Part shown: positions 1 to 12,576 of the stretch, one piece after another
How the letters are laid out: each line of letters begins with the position of its first letter
Position numbering within the stretch: the stretch's first letter is position 1
Source of the DNA: a virus
Virus record (IMG/VR): IMGVR_UViG_3300046318_000188
Span: 1 to 64,000 of that record
Length of the DNA: 64,000 nucleotides
Reading direction: 5' to 3' (one strand)
Translations under genes and position numbers: made by a program
Notes under the pieces: generated by a model
Told to the model about the DNA's origin: nothing
Databases searched by the model: none
What the model saw: only the letters and a program-made list of their open reading frames with translations

Positions 1-2
1 TG

Positions 3-1514
3 GATGTTTTAGATAAAACAATTAAATCATTTATAGACACCAGAGATTATATTACCAAAATGGTAATTTTGGATGATTCTGCGGTTGAAGGTGTATACGA
101 ATCTTTAGTTGAAAAGTATGGCCAGTTTTGTGATGTTATTTGTTTTCCAAGAAATCGTTCACAATGGTTTGCAATGGATTTCATGGTTTCTTATTGTGAT
201 TCAGAATATATTTTCTATCTTGAAGATGATTGGGAATTATTAAAACCTGGTTATCTAAATCAATCAAAACAAATTCTTCAAAAATATAGAAATGTTGGCA
301 CAGTTGATATTTCTTGGAGAACATTTGAAGATGAAGGTATGGATTGTTATGAGAAAGAATTAATTGATGGTCACTTCTATTGGAAAAAACCATGGAGAAT
401 TTCAGACTATCATTTACATTGGTATGGTTGGGTAGGAAGTCCTAATCTAAAACGCAGAGATGATTTAATTCTTTTGGGTCGAGTTGAGAAATGGCACAAT
501 GAATGGAACATTGACCGTAAATTTCTATCGATGGGTTTCAAAGCGGTATTCTTAGATGGTGAATATGCCAGACATTTGGGTGATAATTGTTCAAAAATGG
601 CTGGCAAACGACCAGATGACGGTACCACTCCAGAGAATTATTATCCAGTAGAGTTACAAGCAGACAGACGATGGCCTAAACTAGACTATATGTTCTTGGA
701 TGACCATTGGAGGTCGCCTTGGGAGGTGACCATGGTGACTGCTATGTTAAATATAAATCGAGGCGATAGGAGTTTCGAGGAACATTATATCCAAGGCATG
801 AAAAAGGTATTGGAATGCCGAAATCCAATGGTGGTATTTGCCGAAGAAAAGTACCATGATACCATTCGAGAAATGCGTGGAACATTACCACTGGATTTAC
901 ACAAATTTGAGATAGAAGATTTAGAAAATTCTTATTATTTCCAGGCAGTTCAAAATATTATTAGTACTGATGAATGGATTAATCAAGCTGAGTGGATGAA
1001 AACAAGTGTTATCAAAGACAAATATTATATTGCTTTGACACTTTATAAGAATCAACTATTACAAAAAGTTGTTGAACAAAATCCGTTTGGTTATAATGGT
1101 AGCTGGAAATTCTATTGGATAGATTCAGGCATATACAACAGTTATAATATCAATGAGCATATTGATATGTTTAATTTTAATAAGATACCAGATGACAAAT
1201 TCTTTTTAACTTCATTTGATTACAATACAGATACAGAAATTCATGGTTACAATATAGAATCCATGGAGAAATTTTGTGGTAGAAAACCAAACTATGTGTG
1301 TCGTGCTACTATTTTTGGTGGATCAAAAGATAATATATTAAAATTCAATGAAAAATATTATGATTATTTAAACCAGTCTTTGGTTCGTGGTAGCATTGGC
1401 GCTGAAGAAAGTATATTTACATTGGTGGAGATGTTAAATCCAGACCTTATACATAGATATGGAATGCCAAATGGTGATATTAAGTTGTTCTTGAATACAA
1501 TACGGAGTAGATAA
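3..1514 (+). CDS. Two-domain glycosyltransferase (GT-A/GT2-like N-term + WlaTC/HtrL-like C-term), 5'-truncated
   Basis: Frame open from window start; YIFYLEDDW DxD-like motif; C-term 'VTMVTAML...NPF...FYWIDSG' resembles HtrL/YibB family. Confidence 0.7.
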   Translation, partial: DVLDKTIKSFIDTRDYITKMVILDDSAVEGVYESLVEKYGQFCDVICFPRNRSQWFAMDFMVSYCDSEYIFYLEDDWELLKPGYLNQSKQILQKYRNVGTVDISWRTFEDEGMDCYEKELIDGHFYWKKPWRISDYHLHWYGWVGSPNLKRRDDLILLGRVEKWHNEWNIDRKFLSMGFKAVFLDGEYARHLGDNCSKMAGKRPDDGTTPENYYPVELQADRRWPKLDYMFLDDHWRSPWEVTMVTAMLNINRGDRSFEEHYIQGMKKVLECRNPMVVFAEEKYHDTIREMRGTLPLDLHKFEIEDLENSYYFQAVQNIISTDEWINQAEWMKTSVIKDKYYIALTLYKNQLLQKVVEQNPFGYNGSWKFYWIDSGIYNSYNINEHIDMFNFNKIPDDKFFLTSFDYNTDTEIHGYNIESMEKFCGRKPNYVCRATIFGGSKDNILKFNEKYYDYLNQSLVRGSIGAEESIFTLVEMLNPDLIHRYGMPNGDIKLFLNTIRSR

Positions 1515-3193
1515 TGAATAGATTACGGCTGCATATTTTAGGTTTACCACACACAGTCACAAGTAAAGAATATGTTGCTTGTGCATATACTCAAAAAGTT
1601 TATAAATTTGCAAAGATGATGACCGAAAGAGGTCATACTGTTATACATTATGGCCATGAAGATTCTGATTTGCCATGTACAGAACATGTTACAGTTACCA
1701 CAAATAAAGATTTAGAAATTGCTTATGGTTCATACGACTGGCGCAAAAACTTTTTTAAGTTTGATACTGGTGACCATGCTTATAAAACATTCTATAAAAA
1801 TGCTATTGAAGAAGTTGGTAAAAGGAAACAAGAACGAGATTTTATTCTTCCGTTTTGGGGAGCAGGTGTAAGACCAGTATGTGATGCTCACCAAGATTTA
1901 ATCTGTGTGGAACCTGGTATCGGATACGCTGGTGGCCATTGGGCTCGGTGGAAAATCTTTGAATCATATGCTATCTATCATGCATACTATGGATTGAGTG
2001 CAGTTGGTGAATGTAAACAGGATTGGTACGATGCAGTTATTCCAAACTACTTTGATCCGGACGATTTTGAATATCGTGAAAAGAAAGATGATTACTTTCT
2101 ATTTCTAGGTCGTGTGTATGTTGGTAAAGGTATCGATATTGCTGTACAGGTAACCGAAAGATTAGGACAAAAACTCATTGTTGCTGGACAGAATCCAGAA
2201 AATAGAACATTTCCACCACATGTAGAGTTTGTAGGTTATGCCGATGTTGAAAAAAGAAAACAATTAATGGCAGGAGCCAAAGGTGCTTTCGTGGCATCAC
2301 AGTATGTTGAACCATTCGGTGGTGTTCAAGTTGAATGTCTGTTCTCTGGTACTCCTACAATTACTACCGATTGGGGTTCATTCACAGAAAATAATGTACA
2401 TGATGTAACTGGTTATCGTTGTAGAACATTTGACCAATTTATGTTTGCTGCTAAGAATATTGATAAGATTAAGCCGTCTGATTGCCGTGAGTTTGCAATC
2501 AATAATTTCTCACTTGAAAGAGTTGCAGGAATGTATGAAGAATATTTTCAATCGGTATTGGACGTTTACAATGGCCAAGGTTGGTATGAACCTCATCCCG
2601 AAAGACAAGATATTAACTGGTTGAAAAAACATTATCCAGTCATGGAAGAAAAGATTGACTATGAGGCAATCTATAAAGAAGAAAGACCTTTTGCTGACCG
2701 ATTATCAGTTTGGATTAGAGATAAAATTAAACCTAAAAAAGTATTAGATTTAGGGTCAGGTCCTGGAATTCATGTGTATGCACTTGATGATGCTGGTGTA
2801 AATGTTATGGGTATTGATATTGATGAACGAGTTGATGGTCGTGATTTGCTCATACAAGATAATTTACTTACACTAAATGGTAAATATAAATCAGATTGTG
2901 TAATTTGTTTTGAGGTAGCTGAACACATAGACCCAACTTACAATGATGAGATTGTAAGGAACATCTATGAAAGTATTGAACCTGGAGGTACATTGTTGTT
3001 TACGGCAGCTAAACCGGGCCAAGGTGGTGTCGGTCATATTAACAATAGACCTAAAGATTATTGGGCTAATAAGTTTTTTGAATTAGGATTAGTCAGAAAT
3101 AATCATATAGAAAGAGAATTAATTGAATATTGTAAAGAAGGATACCATATGGGATGGTTTATAAACAATATTTTAGTATTCCACAAGACATAA
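1514..3193 (+). CDS. GT4 (GT-B) glycosyltransferase fused to class I SAM-dependent methyltransferase
   Basis: [20 protein letters not shown]4 motifs; C-term VLDLGSGPG and CFEVAEH. Confidence 0.8.
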   Translation: MNRLRLHILGLPHTVTSKEYVACAYTQKVYKFAKMMTERGHTVIHYGHEDSDLPCTEHVTVTTNKDLEIAYGSYDWRKNFFKFDTGDHAYKTFYKNAIEEVGKRKQERDFILPFWGAGVRPVCDAHQDLICVEPGIGYAGGHWARWKIFESYAIYHAYYGLSAVGECKQDWYDAVIPNYFDPDDFEYREKKDDYFLFLGRVYVGKGIDIAVQVTERLGQKLIVAGQNPENRTFPPHVEFVGYADVEKRKQLMAGAKGAFVASQYVEPFGGVQVECLFSGTPTITTDWGSFTENNVHDVTGYRCRTFDQFMFAAKNIDKIKPSDCREFAINNFSLERVAGMYEEYFQSVLDVYNGQGWYEPHPERQDINWLKKHYPVMEEKIDYEAIYKEERPFADRLSVWIRDKIKPKKVLDLGSGPGIHVYALDDAGVNVMGIDIDERVDGRDLLIQDNLLTLNGKYKSDCVICFEVAEHIDPTYNDEIVRNIYESIEPGGTLLFTAAKPGQGGVGHINNRPKDYWANKFFELGLVRNNHIERELIEYCKEGYHMGWFINNILVFHKT

Positions 3194-3231
3194 ATATAAG
3201 ATAATCAAAATAATAAAAAGGGTGAAAAACC

Positions 3232-6200
3232 TTGTCATCAAATAATTCCACATTTGTAGTAGAAACCGGACTATCGATAGCCAATACCAAGGTTATCGAT
3301 TCTGGTGGTAATTGGGTTGGTCCTGTATTTACCTTAACAGGTGCTACCGGTTCTACTGGTCCGTTACCTACTACAATCACACACATTCCGAATTATATTA
3401 CGATGGATCCAACCACGGTCTCCGTGTCTAATGTTGGAACATCTACAATCTATGGAACATATAACTTTGGTGATGTCACCAGTATTCAATCATATGGCGA
3501 TTATAATACCACAGCAAATACTGGATTCTATTCTGTAAATGATAATACTGGGGCTCCAGGACATGTTGAATATATTGGATTTACAGGCGTAACAGAATTC
3601 AATCGTATTGTTTTAAATGTAAACTACACTGCATCATCTGGTCATACGCAAGATATCGACCTTTATAATTATGTTACTGATCAATGGGACACCTTTGGTA
3701 CCTATACAGGTAACGGAAATTGGCAACAGATTGCTCTTGGTGTAATTGACCATAATCCATATATTAGTTCTGGTAATGTTACAATGCGTAACTACCATCT
3801 TAACTCTGGTAATGTACAACATAGAACATGGTTTGATTATATTGCTCTTGAAATGTCTACTGCTGGTGGCCAAGGTCCACAAGGTAGGCAAGGTGCTTCC
3901 GGTTCAACAGGTTTCCAAGGCGCATCAGGTTCTACAGGTTTTACAGGCGCTACTGGTGTACAAGGTGATATGGGTGCAACAGGGCCAACCGGTGCGACAG
4001 GCATACAAGGCGCTTCTGGCTCTACGGGCCCTCAAGGTATTCAAGGATCATCAGGTATACAAGGCGCTTCAGGTTCGACTGGATTAACTGGTGCAACCGG
4101 CACACAAGGCGCTTCGGGTTCCACAGGTATTGATGGTGCTTCTGGTGCTACAGGATTTCAAGGTGCATCCGGTGCTACAGGATTTCAAGGTGCATCAGGT
4201 GTTCAAGGTGCTTCAGGTTCAACGGGTTTAACTGGTGCTACAGGTATTCAAGGTGCATCCGGTGCTACAGGATTTCAAGGTGCATCCGGTGCTACAGGAT
4301 TTCAAGGTGCATCAGGTGTACAAGGTGCTTCCGGTTCAACTGGTACACAAGGCGCTTCGGGTTCCACAGGTGCACAAGGTGCTTCAGGTATTCAAGGTGC
4401 TTCTGGATCAACAGGATTCCAAGGTGCCTCAGGTTCTACTGGTACACAAGGCGCATCAGGTATTCAAGGTGCTTCTGGTTCAACAGGATTCCAAGGTGCT
4501 TCAGGTTCTACTGGATTAACTGGCGCTACCGGCATACAAGGCGCTTCTGGATCCACGGGTACACAAGGTGCCTCAGGTTCTACTGGTACACAAGGCGCTT
4601 CGGGTGTTCAAGGTGCATCAGGATCAACAGGTTTAACTGGTCCAACAGGATCAGTAGGACCAACAGGTGATACAGGAGCTACAGGTTCAACTGGAGCACA
4701 AGGCTCGATTGGATTAACTGGTGCTACGGGTGCACAAGGTGCCTCAGGTATTCAAGGATCATCAGGCATACAAGGTGCTTCAGGTTCTACAGGTGTTCAA
4801 GGTGCCTCAGGTTCTACTGGATTAATTGGTGCTACGGGTATTCAAGGTGCTTCAGGTTCTACTGGTACTCAAGGTGCTTCTGGAGTTGGCGCTACAGGTT
4901 CAACAGGACCACAAGGCATACAAGGTGCTTCAGGTTCTACTGGTACTCAAGGTGCTTCTGGAGTCGGAGCATCAGGTCCAACTGGACCAACAGGAGCTAC
5001 CGGTTCAGGAGGCGGAGGTGGTAGTTCTTCTGGTTACTTAGCTAATACAGTAATTTTTGCTAACTCAGCTGGTTATCTTAGTAACACAGTAAATATATCT
5101 TTTTATTCAGCTAACAATACTCTAGTTGTTGCTAATGCGGTATTCAACTCAATAACACTTTCTAATACTAATATTGCTTTAGGTACTGGTGCTGGTGCAT
5201 CAGGACAAAATGCTTACTCTGTTGCTATTGGAAATCAAGCTGGTTACTGTAGACAAAGATGTAACGCAGTTGCTGTTGGTAGGTGTGCTGGTAGAACGGC
5301 GCAAAATGCTTATTCGATTGCTATTGGTACTTGTGCTGCTAGTTGTGGCCAAAAAACTCAAGCGGTTGCTATTGGAACTTTTGCAGGACAAACAAGACAA
5401 GGTTCTTGTGCAGTTGCTATTGGCCTTAATGCAGGTAAAACAACACAAGGAAAATGTGCGGTTGCTATTGGTACTAATGCTGGTTTCAATACTCAAGGCA
5501 TAGCTGCAGTAGCAATTGGTTGTACTGCTGGTCAAGTAGGACAAAATAACTATTCTATTGCTATCGGCCAATCTTCTGGTGGTGTTGGACAAAGAAATTG
5601 TGCAATCGCAATTGGTCGTAATTCCGGTAATCAATATCAAAATGCTTTTTCTATTGCAATTGGCCAACAAGCTGGCCAATGTAGACAAAGAGTATGTGCG
5701 GTTGCCATTGGTCGATGTGCTGGTTTCAATACTCAAGATGCTTATTCTATATCTGTCGGTTCTTATGCTGGTTACTGCCGACAAAGATGTAATGCAATTG
5801 CTATTGGTGGTAATGCTGGTCAAACATCTCAAAATGCTTCTGCGATTGCTATTGGTACAACTGCTGGTAATTGTAGACAAAGAGCCTATGCAGTTGCTAT
5901 TGGTCGTTGTGCAGGTAAAACGGCTCAAGGCGCATATGCGGTTGCTATTGGACCTAACGCAGGTGTAACTTGCCAAACCACCAAGAGTATCATTATCAAT
6001 GCTAACTGTTCTGCACTAAATGGTACTCAATCTGGCCTCTACATTAATCCGGTTCGTATTTGTTCCGGTAATACTTCTCAAGTTGTTTACTATAATACTA
6101 CAACAAAAGAATTAACTTACACCGGTACAATTCAAACCTATTCTGGAAGTCTTACTGCCAATAGTATTGTAGTTACTAATGGTGCTTCTGTAAATTCTAC

Positions 6201-6504
6201 AATCATTCAAGCAACCACAGCAACTACTGCTCAGACGGCTATTGATACTTGGTCTACTACAACCTATCGTACTGCCAAATATATTATCTCAATGACTTCT
6301 GTATCAAATTACCATGCAATTGAATTATTTTTGGTGCAAGATGGTACTACTGTTTATGTAACTCAATATGCTGAGATTATTACCAATATAGCTTTGGCCA
6401 CATTTGATGCATCAATTTCTGGTTCAACATTGAGTCTGTTGGTCAATCCAGCAAGTTCAACAAGTACAACTTATAATATATTCAGAAGTAACATAACGGT
6501 ATAA
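3232..6504 (+). CDS. Tail fibre/adhesin-like protein with long collagen-like (G-X-Y) region and YadA-head-like repeats
   Basis: GASGSTGxQ triplet repeats ~3865-5010; AVAIG repeats ~5170-6000; TTG start. Confidence 0.75.
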   Translation: MSSNNSTFVVETGLSIANTKVIDSGGNWVGPVFTLTGATGSTGPLPTTITHIPNYITMDPTTVSVSNVGTSTIYGTYNFGDVTSIQSYGDYNTTANTGFYSVNDNTGAPGHVEYIGFTGVTEFNRIVLNVNYTASSGHTQDIDLYNYVTDQWDTFGTYTGNGNWQQIALGVIDHNPYISSGNVTMRNYHLNSGNVQHRTWFDYIALEMSTAGGQGPQGRQGASGSTGFQGASGSTGFTGATGVQGDMGATGPTGATGIQGASGSTGPQGIQGSSGIQGASGSTGLTGATGTQGASGSTGIDGASGATGFQGASGATGFQGASGVQGASGSTGLTGATGIQGASGATGFQGASGATGFQGASGVQGASGSTGTQGASGSTGAQGASGIQGASGSTGFQGASGSTGTQGASGIQGASGSTGFQGASGSTGLTGATGIQGASGSTGTQGASGSTGTQGASGVQGASGSTGLTGPTGSVGPTGDTGATGSTGAQGSIGLTGATGAQGASGIQGSSGIQGASGSTGVQGASGSTGLIGATGIQGASGSTGTQGASGVGATGSTGPQGIQGASGSTGTQGASGVGASGPTGPTGATGSGGGGGSSSGYLANTVIFANSAGYLSNTVNISFYSANNTLVVANAVFNSITLSNTNIALGTGAGASGQNAYSVAIGNQAGYCRQRCNAVAVGRCAGRTAQNAYSIAIGTCAASCGQKTQAVAIGTFAGQTRQGSCAVAIGLNAGKTTQGKCAVAIGTNAGFNTQGIAAVAIGCTAGQVGQNNYSIAIGQSSGGVGQRNCAIAIGRNSGNQYQNAFSIAIGQQAGQCRQRVCAVAIGRCAGFNTQDAYSISVGSYAGYCRQRCNAIAIGGNAGQTSQNASAIAIGTTAGNCRQRAYAVAIGRCAGKTAQGAYAVAIGPNAGVTCQTTKSIIINANCSALNGTQSGLYINPVRICSGNTSQVVYYNTTTKELTYTGTIQTYSGSLTANSIVVTNGASVNSTIIQATTATTAQTAIDTWSTTTYRTAKYIISMTSVSNYHAIELFLVQDGTTVYVTQYAEIITNIALATFDASISGSTLSLLVNPASSTSTTYNIFRSNITV
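3865..5010 (+). repeat. Collagen-like coding tandem repeat (9-nt period)
   Basis: caaggtgcttcaggttctact-type units repeated. Confidence 0.9.
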
Positions 6505-6507
6505 ATA
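6500..6507 (+). promoter_or_regulatory. T4-type late promoter
   Basis: TATAAATA upstream of second fibre gene; gp55 encoded in window. Confidence 0.7.
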
Positions 6508-6544
6508 ACATAAACAATTCAATTAACTAAGGGGAAAGTGAACC

Positions 6545-9500
6545 TTGGCAATATCTAATACAAATTCTTTTGTAGTAAAGAACGGCTTGACCGTTGGAAC
6601 TACACAGACTATCAATCCATCAGGCAATGTCTTTACCGGTAATCTAACAATTACGGGTGCCACGAGCAATGGTATTACTTTTGCGGATGGAACACGACAA
6701 ACTACTGCGGCTACAGGCGGTGGTGGCGGTGGTTCTGGTAATGCTAATACCAATGGTTGGTTACCCAATTCAATCATATTTGCTGACTCTACTGGATATC
6801 TCAGTAATACTCCTAATTTACAATTTTACGGAGCCAATAATACTTTAGTTGTTGCCAATGCAGTATTTAATTCAATAACATTAGCTAATACTAATATTGC
6901 TTTGGGTCAATGTGCTGCGGGTGGAAGTCCACAAGGAATTTTTGGTATTGCGGTTGGTGCTTACGCAGGAAAATACAATCAAGGAGTTAATTCGGTTGCT
7001 ATTGGAAATGCTGGTCAGGTTGACCAAGCTTTTGGTGCGGTTGCCATTGGTAATGGTGCAGGATGTTCTACACAAGGATGTCAATCGGTTGCTATTGGTA
7101 ATAGTTCAGGATTTACTCACCAAGGACAATTTGCGGTAGCAATTGGTAATTGTGCTGGTTCTACAACTCAAGGTGGAAAAACAGTTGCTATTGGTTGTAA
7201 TGCTGGTCATAGTAATCAAGCAAATTCTGCCGTTGCGATTGGTTTTCAAGCTGGAAAATCATATCAAAGCCTTTGTTCGATTGCTGTTGGTAATACTGCA
7301 GGTTCTTGTGCACAAGGCACGCATGCGGTTGCTATTGGTTCATATGCCGGTAGTACTGGCCAAGCTGGATATACAGTTGCTATTGGTTCTAATGCAGGAA
7401 CTACATCACAAAGTTGTTATGCGGTTGCTATTGGTAATGGTGCAGGATGTTCTACACAAGGAGGTCAAGCAATTGCTATTGGTAGATGTGCTGGTAAAAC
7501 AACACAATCTTCTTGCGCAGTTGCTATAGGTCATTGTGCAGGACTTACATCACAAGGATGTGCTGCTATTGCTATTGGTACAATTGCTGGTGGTCTAAAT
7601 CAAGGTACACAAACAATTGCTATTGGATCAAATGCTGGTTCTTGTTCCCAAAATGCATCTTCTGTTGCTATTGGCCAAAATGCTGCGCAATATCAACAAA
7701 GAGCTTGTGCAGTTGCTATAGGACATTGTGCAGGTAGAACAGCACAAGGATGTTATTCCGTTGCTGTTGGTATTGGTGCCGGTAATGAATCTCAAAACGC
7801 TTATTCTGTTGCTATTGGTTCTTATGCTGGTTACTGTAGACAAAGAACGAATTCAGTTGCTATAGGACAAAATGCAGGACAATCGGCACAATGTATATAT
7901 GCTGTTGCTATTGGTACTAATGCAGGTGGATCATCACAAAGATGTTATTCAATTGCTGTAGGTTATTCTGCTGGGTGTACTACGCAGGGACCTTCCGCGG
8001 TTGCTATTGGTTATACTGCCGGCAGATGCTTACAAGGCGGCCGATCGGTTGCTATAGGACCAGAAGCGGCCACAGTTAATCAAGGTGATTGCTCAGTTGC
8101 TATTGGTCGTATGGCTGGTAATTGTAATCAAGGTGGTTGTGGTGCTATTGCTATTGGCCTTCAAGCAGGTTACACATTACAAAATGTTTCTGCTATTGCT
8201 ATTGGTGCTTGTGCTGGTTATTGTAGACAAAGATTTCAAGCGGTTGCTATTGGTAAATGTGCTGGTAAAATAGAACAAGGATGTTCTTCTGTAGCTATTG
8301 GATATCAAGCTGGTACAACTACTCAGAATTACGGTTCCGTTGCAATTGGTAGTGTTGCTGGATATAACACACAAGGTAACAGGGCTGTAGCAATTGGTCA
8401 AGAAGCAGCACAAACCACACAAGGAAATTTCGCTGTAGCAGTTGGTTATATCGCAGGTAATGCCACACAAGGTGAGAATGCTGTAGCAATTGGCAAAGCT
8501 GCTGGCCAAACATCACAAAATACTCTTTCTGTTGCAATTGGTTCTTGTGCTGGTAATTGTAGACAAAGAGCTTCAGCGGTTGCTATTGGTAATGCTGCAG
8601 GATATACAGAGCAAGGAACATATGCGGTTGCTATTGGTACCGGTTCGGGTCAAGCAACACAAGGTAACTGTGCAGTTGCTATAGGTTCTGCGGCTGGCTT
8701 TTTTGAACAAAATACTCAATCGATTGCTATTGGTACTAATGCAGGATACTGTAGGCAGAGAGCTTGTGCAATTGCTATGGGACAAAATGCTGGACAAACA
8801 GCACAAGGACAATATGCGGTTGCTATTGGACCTAACGCAGGTGTAACTTGCCAAACCACCAAGAGTATTGCTATCAATGCTTCCTGTGTGGCATTAAATC
8901 CAACTGAACAAGGCCTTTACATTAATCCTGTTCGTAATGACACAGGAAATACCACACAGGCAATTTACTATAACACAACAACCAAAGAATTAACATACGC
9001 ATCACCAACAGGTGGTGGTAGTTCTTCTGGTTACTTAGCTAATGCAGTAATTTTTGCTAACTCAGCTGGTTATCTTAGTAACACAGTAAATATATCTTTC
9101 TATTCTGCCAATAATACTTTAGTTGTTGCTAATGCAGTATTCAATTCAATAACATTAGCGAATACTAATATTGCTTTGGGTACTGGTGCTGGAGCATCAG
9201 GACAAAATGCTTATTCTATTGCTATTGGTCTTAATGCTGGTCAATGTAGGCAAAGAGCTTGTGCGGTTGCTATAGGTAAGTGTGCAGGTAAGACAGAACA
9301 ATGTACACAAGCGGTTGCTATTGGTAAATGTGCAGGTAGAACAGCACAAAATTCAAGTGCAATTGCTATTGGTGGTAATGCCGGTAATTGCAGACAAAGA
9401 ACTATGGCAGTTGCTATTGGTGTTTGTGCAGGTAGAACAGCACAAGGAGCTTGCTCTGTTGCAATTTCTCGTAATGCCGGTAAATGTAATCAAAGTTGTA

Positions 9501-11809
9501 GTGCAGTTGCTATTGGTGTGTGTTCAGGAGTAACATCACAAGGATCCTCTACTGTTGCCATTGGTATTCTAGCAGGACAAACATCACAAAATTCAAGTGC
9601 AATTGCTATTGGTGGTAATGCCGGTAATTGCAGACAAAGACAATATGCGGTTGCTATTGGTGTTAGTGCTGGTTTACAATCTCAAAATACTTCTGCAATT
9701 GCTGTAGGATTACGAGCTGGTAACTGTAGACAAAGATGTAATGCAATTGCAATTGGTACAGATGCAGGTAAAACAGCACAAGGTTCTGTGTCGGTTGCTG
9801 TTGGTGCTGGTGCTGGTCAATCTAATCAGCTATGTACTGCTGTAGCAATTGGCACCAATGCTGGACAAACATCCCAAGGAAGTGGTACAGTTGCTATTGG
9901 TGCTAATGCTGGTCTCGTATCTCAAAATAATCTTTCGGTTGCTGTTGGTACCGGTGCTGGTGAATGTAGGCAAAGAGTTTGTGCAACGGCTGTTGGTCGT
10001 ATGGCTGGTAGATTTGCTCAAGGATGTTATTCTACTGCTGTTGGTTCTTTTTCTGGTTATCAATCCCAAAATGCTTACTCTGTTGCTATAGGATATCAAG
10101 CTGGTAATTGTCGCCAAAGACAAGGTGCAGTTTCTATTGGTAAATGTTCCGGTAAAATAGCACAAGGATGTTTTTCAGTTGCTGTTGGCCAAGGCGCCGC
10201 TCAATGTAATCAATCCTGTCGTGCAGTTTCTATTGGTGTTTGTGCCGGTAAAACAAGTCAAGCTCAATATGGTATTGCTATTGGTGTTTGTGCTGGATCA
10301 ATTAGTCAAAGAACTAATGGTGTTGCAATAGGACGAGTTGCCGCTAAGTGTAATCAAAGTGCTTGTTCAGTTGCTATTGGTTCTGCTGCAGGATATTTTG
10401 AACAAGGTACATCTTCAGTTGCTATTGGTGCTTGTACAGCACTATTGTATCAAAATGCTTATTCTATTGCTGTTGGTTCTTTTGCTGGTTATTGCCGACA
10501 AAGAACTCAAGCGGTTGCTATAGGTCGTTGTACAGGTAAAACGGCACAAGGTGCTTCAGCCGTTGCTATGGGTTATCAATCAGGTATTACATCACAAGGT
10601 GCTTCAGCCGTTGCTATTGGTAATGCTGCTGGTGCTACTAGTCAAGGTGCTTGTGCAGTAGCGTTTGGTAATTCTGCTGGATTTACAGGACAAGGCGCTT
10701 TTGCATTAGCAATTGGTACAAATTCAGGAAATTCAAATCAGGGTGTTTGTGCAGTTGCTATAGGTGTACAAGCAGGACAAATATCTCAAAACGCTCAATC
10801 AGTTGCTATTGGCCATGCTTCTGGATATTGTAGACAAAGAACTCAAGCAGTTGCTATTGGATATTTCTCAGGTCAAACTGCGCAAGGTGCTTGTGCCGTT
10901 GCTATTGGTTCTAATGCTGGAAATTCCAATCAAGGCGATTATGCCGTTGCAATTGGTTCTTGTGCTGGCAAATGTAATCAAGTTGCAACTAGTGTGGTTA
11001 TTAGTGGATGTACTGTACCAGTTAATGCAGTACAGGCAGGACTTTATATTGCTCCAATCCGTGTTTGTGCTGGTAATACAACACAAGCCGTATACTATAA
11101 CACCACAACCAAAGAATTAACATATACAGCACCTACTGGTGGTGGAAATGGTGGCGCTTCTGTATCTGGTTATTTGCCAAATTCTATTCTTTATGCTAAT
11201 GCAAATGGATACTTAGCAAATACTGCGAATGTACAATATTTTGCATCTAATAATTCATTCAAATTAAGTGGCGATTCTTCAGCTAGTAGTAATAAAGGAC
11301 TATTGCAAATTGGAGCTCCATTAACATTTAGTGACGTTAATATTTTAGGTACAATTACAAATAATGTTAATGGTTATACACAAGTAATTTTACAAAATCA
11401 AAGTAATGGTACTTCCGCTTCTGCTGATTATATTGTTAATAATGATACAATTACGGGTACATCAATTTATGGTGACTTTGGTATCAATAGTACTACATAT
11501 ACTGGCGCTTCACCGTTTTCTGCCGCAAACGGAACATATCTGTATGCAGCAGGTGGAACATTAACAGTTGGTACGAATGGTGCTAAAGATTTTAATATTG
11601 TCACCAACGATACATTAAGAGCTAATGTCAATGCTACCACAGGTAATATGCACGTTACTGGTAACGCATATTCGAATGCGATATATACTAATGGATTATA
11701 TTATGCAGCTAACAATCAGCCTTGGCCAATAGGCGGAGGTGGTGGCTCAGGATCATCAATTACAATAGGACAGGTAAGTGCAATAGCTAGAGGCTTTGCG
11801 TTACCATAA
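6545..11809 (+). CDS. Giant Cys-rich YadA-head-like repeat fibre/adhesin
   Basis: Two long blocks of ~15-aa Q-x-x-x-(A/S)VAIG-x-x-AG repeats; TTG start. Confidence 0.75.
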   Translation: MAISNTNSFVVKNGLTVGTTQTINPSGNVFTGNLTITGATSNGITFADGTRQTTAATGGGGGGSGNANTNGWLPNSIIFADSTGYLSNTPNLQFYGANNTLVVANAVFNSITLANTNIALGQCAAGGSPQGIFGIAVGAYAGKYNQGVNSVAIGNAGQVDQAFGAVAIGNGAGCSTQGCQSVAIGNSSGFTHQGQFAVAIGNCAGSTTQGGKTVAIGCNAGHSNQANSAVAIGFQAGKSYQSLCSIAVGNTAGSCAQGTHAVAIGSYAGSTGQAGYTVAIGSNAGTTSQSCYAVAIGNGAGCSTQGGQAIAIGRCAGKTTQSSCAVAIGHCAGLTSQGCAAIAIGTIAGGLNQGTQTIAIGSNAGSCSQNASSVAIGQNAAQYQQRACAVAIGHCAGRTAQGCYSVAVGIGAGNESQNAYSVAIGSYAGYCRQRTNSVAIGQNAGQSAQCIYAVAIGTNAGGSSQRCYSIAVGYSAGCTTQGPSAVAIGYTAGRCLQGGRSVAIGPEAATVNQGDCSVAIGRMAGNCNQGGCGAIAIGLQAGYTLQNVSAIAIGACAGYCRQRFQAVAIGKCAGKIEQGCSSVAIGYQAGTTTQNYGSVAIGSVAGYNTQGNRAVAIGQEAAQTTQGNFAVAVGYIAGNATQGENAVAIGKAAGQTSQNTLSVAIGSCAGNCRQRASAVAIGNAAGYTEQGTYAVAIGTGSGQATQGNCAVAIGSAAGFFEQNTQSIAIGTNAGYCRQRACAIAMGQNAGQTAQGQYAVAIGPNAGVTCQTTKSIAINASCVALNPTEQGLYINPVRNDTGNTTQAIYYNTTTKELTYASPTGGGSSSGYLANAVIFANSAGYLSNTVNISFYSANNTLVVANAVFNSITLANTNIALGTGAGASGQNAYSIAIGLNAGQCRQRACAVAIGKCAGKTEQCTQAVAIGKCAGRTAQNSSAIAIGGNAGNCRQRTMAVAIGVCAGRTAQGACSVAISRNAGKCNQSCSAVAIGVCSGVTSQGSSTVAIGILAGQTSQNSSAIAIGGNAGNCRQRQYAVAIGVSAGLQSQNTSAIAVGLRAGNCRQRCNAIAIGTDAGKTAQGSVSVAVGAGAGQSNQLCTAVAIGTNAGQTSQGSGTVAIGANAGLVSQNNLSVAVGTGAGECRQRVCATAVGRMAGRFAQGCYSTAVGSFSGYQSQNAYSVAIGYQAGNCRQRQGAVSIGKCSGKIAQGCFSVAVGQGAAQCNQSCRAVSIGVCAGKTSQAQYGIAIGVCAGSISQRTNGVAIGRVAAKCNQSACSVAIGSAAGYFEQGTSSVAIGACTALLYQNAYSIAVGSFAGYCRQRTQAVAIGRCTGKTAQGASAVAMGYQSGITSQGASAVAIGNAAGATSQGACAVAFGNSAGFTGQGAFALAIGTNSGNSNQGVCAVAIGVQAGQISQNAQSVAIGHASGYCRQRTQAVAIGYFSGQTAQGACAVAIGSNAGNSNQGDYAVAIGSCAGKCNQVATSVVISGCTVPVNAVQAGLYIAPIRVCAGNTTQAVYYNTTTKELTYTAPTGGGNGGASVSGYLPNSILYANANGYLANTANVQYFASNNSFKLSGDSSASSNKGLLQIGAPLTFSDVNILGTITNNVNGYTQVILQNQSNGTSASADYIVNNDTITGTSIYGDFGINSTTYTGASPFSAANGTYLYAAGGTLTVGTNGAKDFNIVTNDTLRANVNATTGNMHVTGNAYSNAIYTNGLYYAANNQPWPIGGGGGSGSSITIGQVSAIARGFALP

Positions 11810-11832
11810 TTTAATTATTAGGAGATTATAAC

Positions 11833-12576
11833 ATGGCAGCAAATCAGGCACCAATTTATTCAATTGCAGGCGATATTCAAGGTGGAGATATTCTAACTAC
11901 CGCAGCGGCAGATTATACTGGTCAAGGTGTTAACAACGCTTCAGTATTTACTGCTGATTCTACCAATGGTGGTTTTGTACAAAGGTTACGATTTAAATCT
12001 TTAGGCACAAACGTTGCAACCGTTGCTCGTATTTACATTAATAACGGAAATGGTCGTTTAGCTGCAAGTATTGCTGCTGTATCTGGTACACCAACAGGCA
12101 CCCCAAGCACTACAGGGGGTACACTATATGCAGGATCATATTTTGCCAAAATTGTTGCAATTGACCAATATGGATCAAAAACCGCAGCTTCTACTGAAAC
12201 TGCTTCTGTGGCCACCACTGGAACAACCGGTTCTATTGCTTGGGCTTGGACATCAGTAACCGGTGCCGTATCATATCGTGTTTATGTTGGACCTGTTACC
12301 GGTGGTCAAGCTTCTTATTTTGAAACTACAACAAACAGTTATACACAAACAACTGCTGTTGGTATAAGAGATAATTTATCAACAGGTGTTAGTAATAATA
12401 ACCAGTTTTATGGTGAAGTTTCTTTACCAGCAACAACAGCAACCAATACTGCAGCAACAACCGATGTAGATTATCCTTTAAACTTTGCATTACCGCCATC
12501 TGATAGAATTGTTGTAGGCCTTGCAACTACCGTAGTAGCCGGATGGCAAGTAACGGTAATCGGCGGAGCTTATTAA
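11833..12576 (+). CDS. Hypothetical virion/tail-associated protein
   Basis: T/A/G-rich beta-type ORF, RBS AGGAG. Confidence 0.6.
   Translation: MAANQAPIYSIAGDIQGGDILTTAAADYTGQGVNNASVFTADSTNGGFVQRLRFKSLGTNVATVARIYINNGNGRLAASIAAVSGTPTGTPSTTGGTLYAGSYFAKIVAIDQYGSKTAASTETASVATTGTTGSIAWAWTSVTGAVSYRVYVGPVTGGQASYFETTTNSYTQTTAVGIRDNLSTGVSNNNQFYGEVSLPATTATNTAATTDVDYPLNFALPPSDRIVVGLATTVVAGWQVTVIGGAY

Noticed and set aside
3232-11809. Diversity-generating retroelement or invertase shufflon acting on the fibres
   Set aside because: No reverse transcriptase or recombinase in the window, the repeats are direct, and differences are not adenine-specific.
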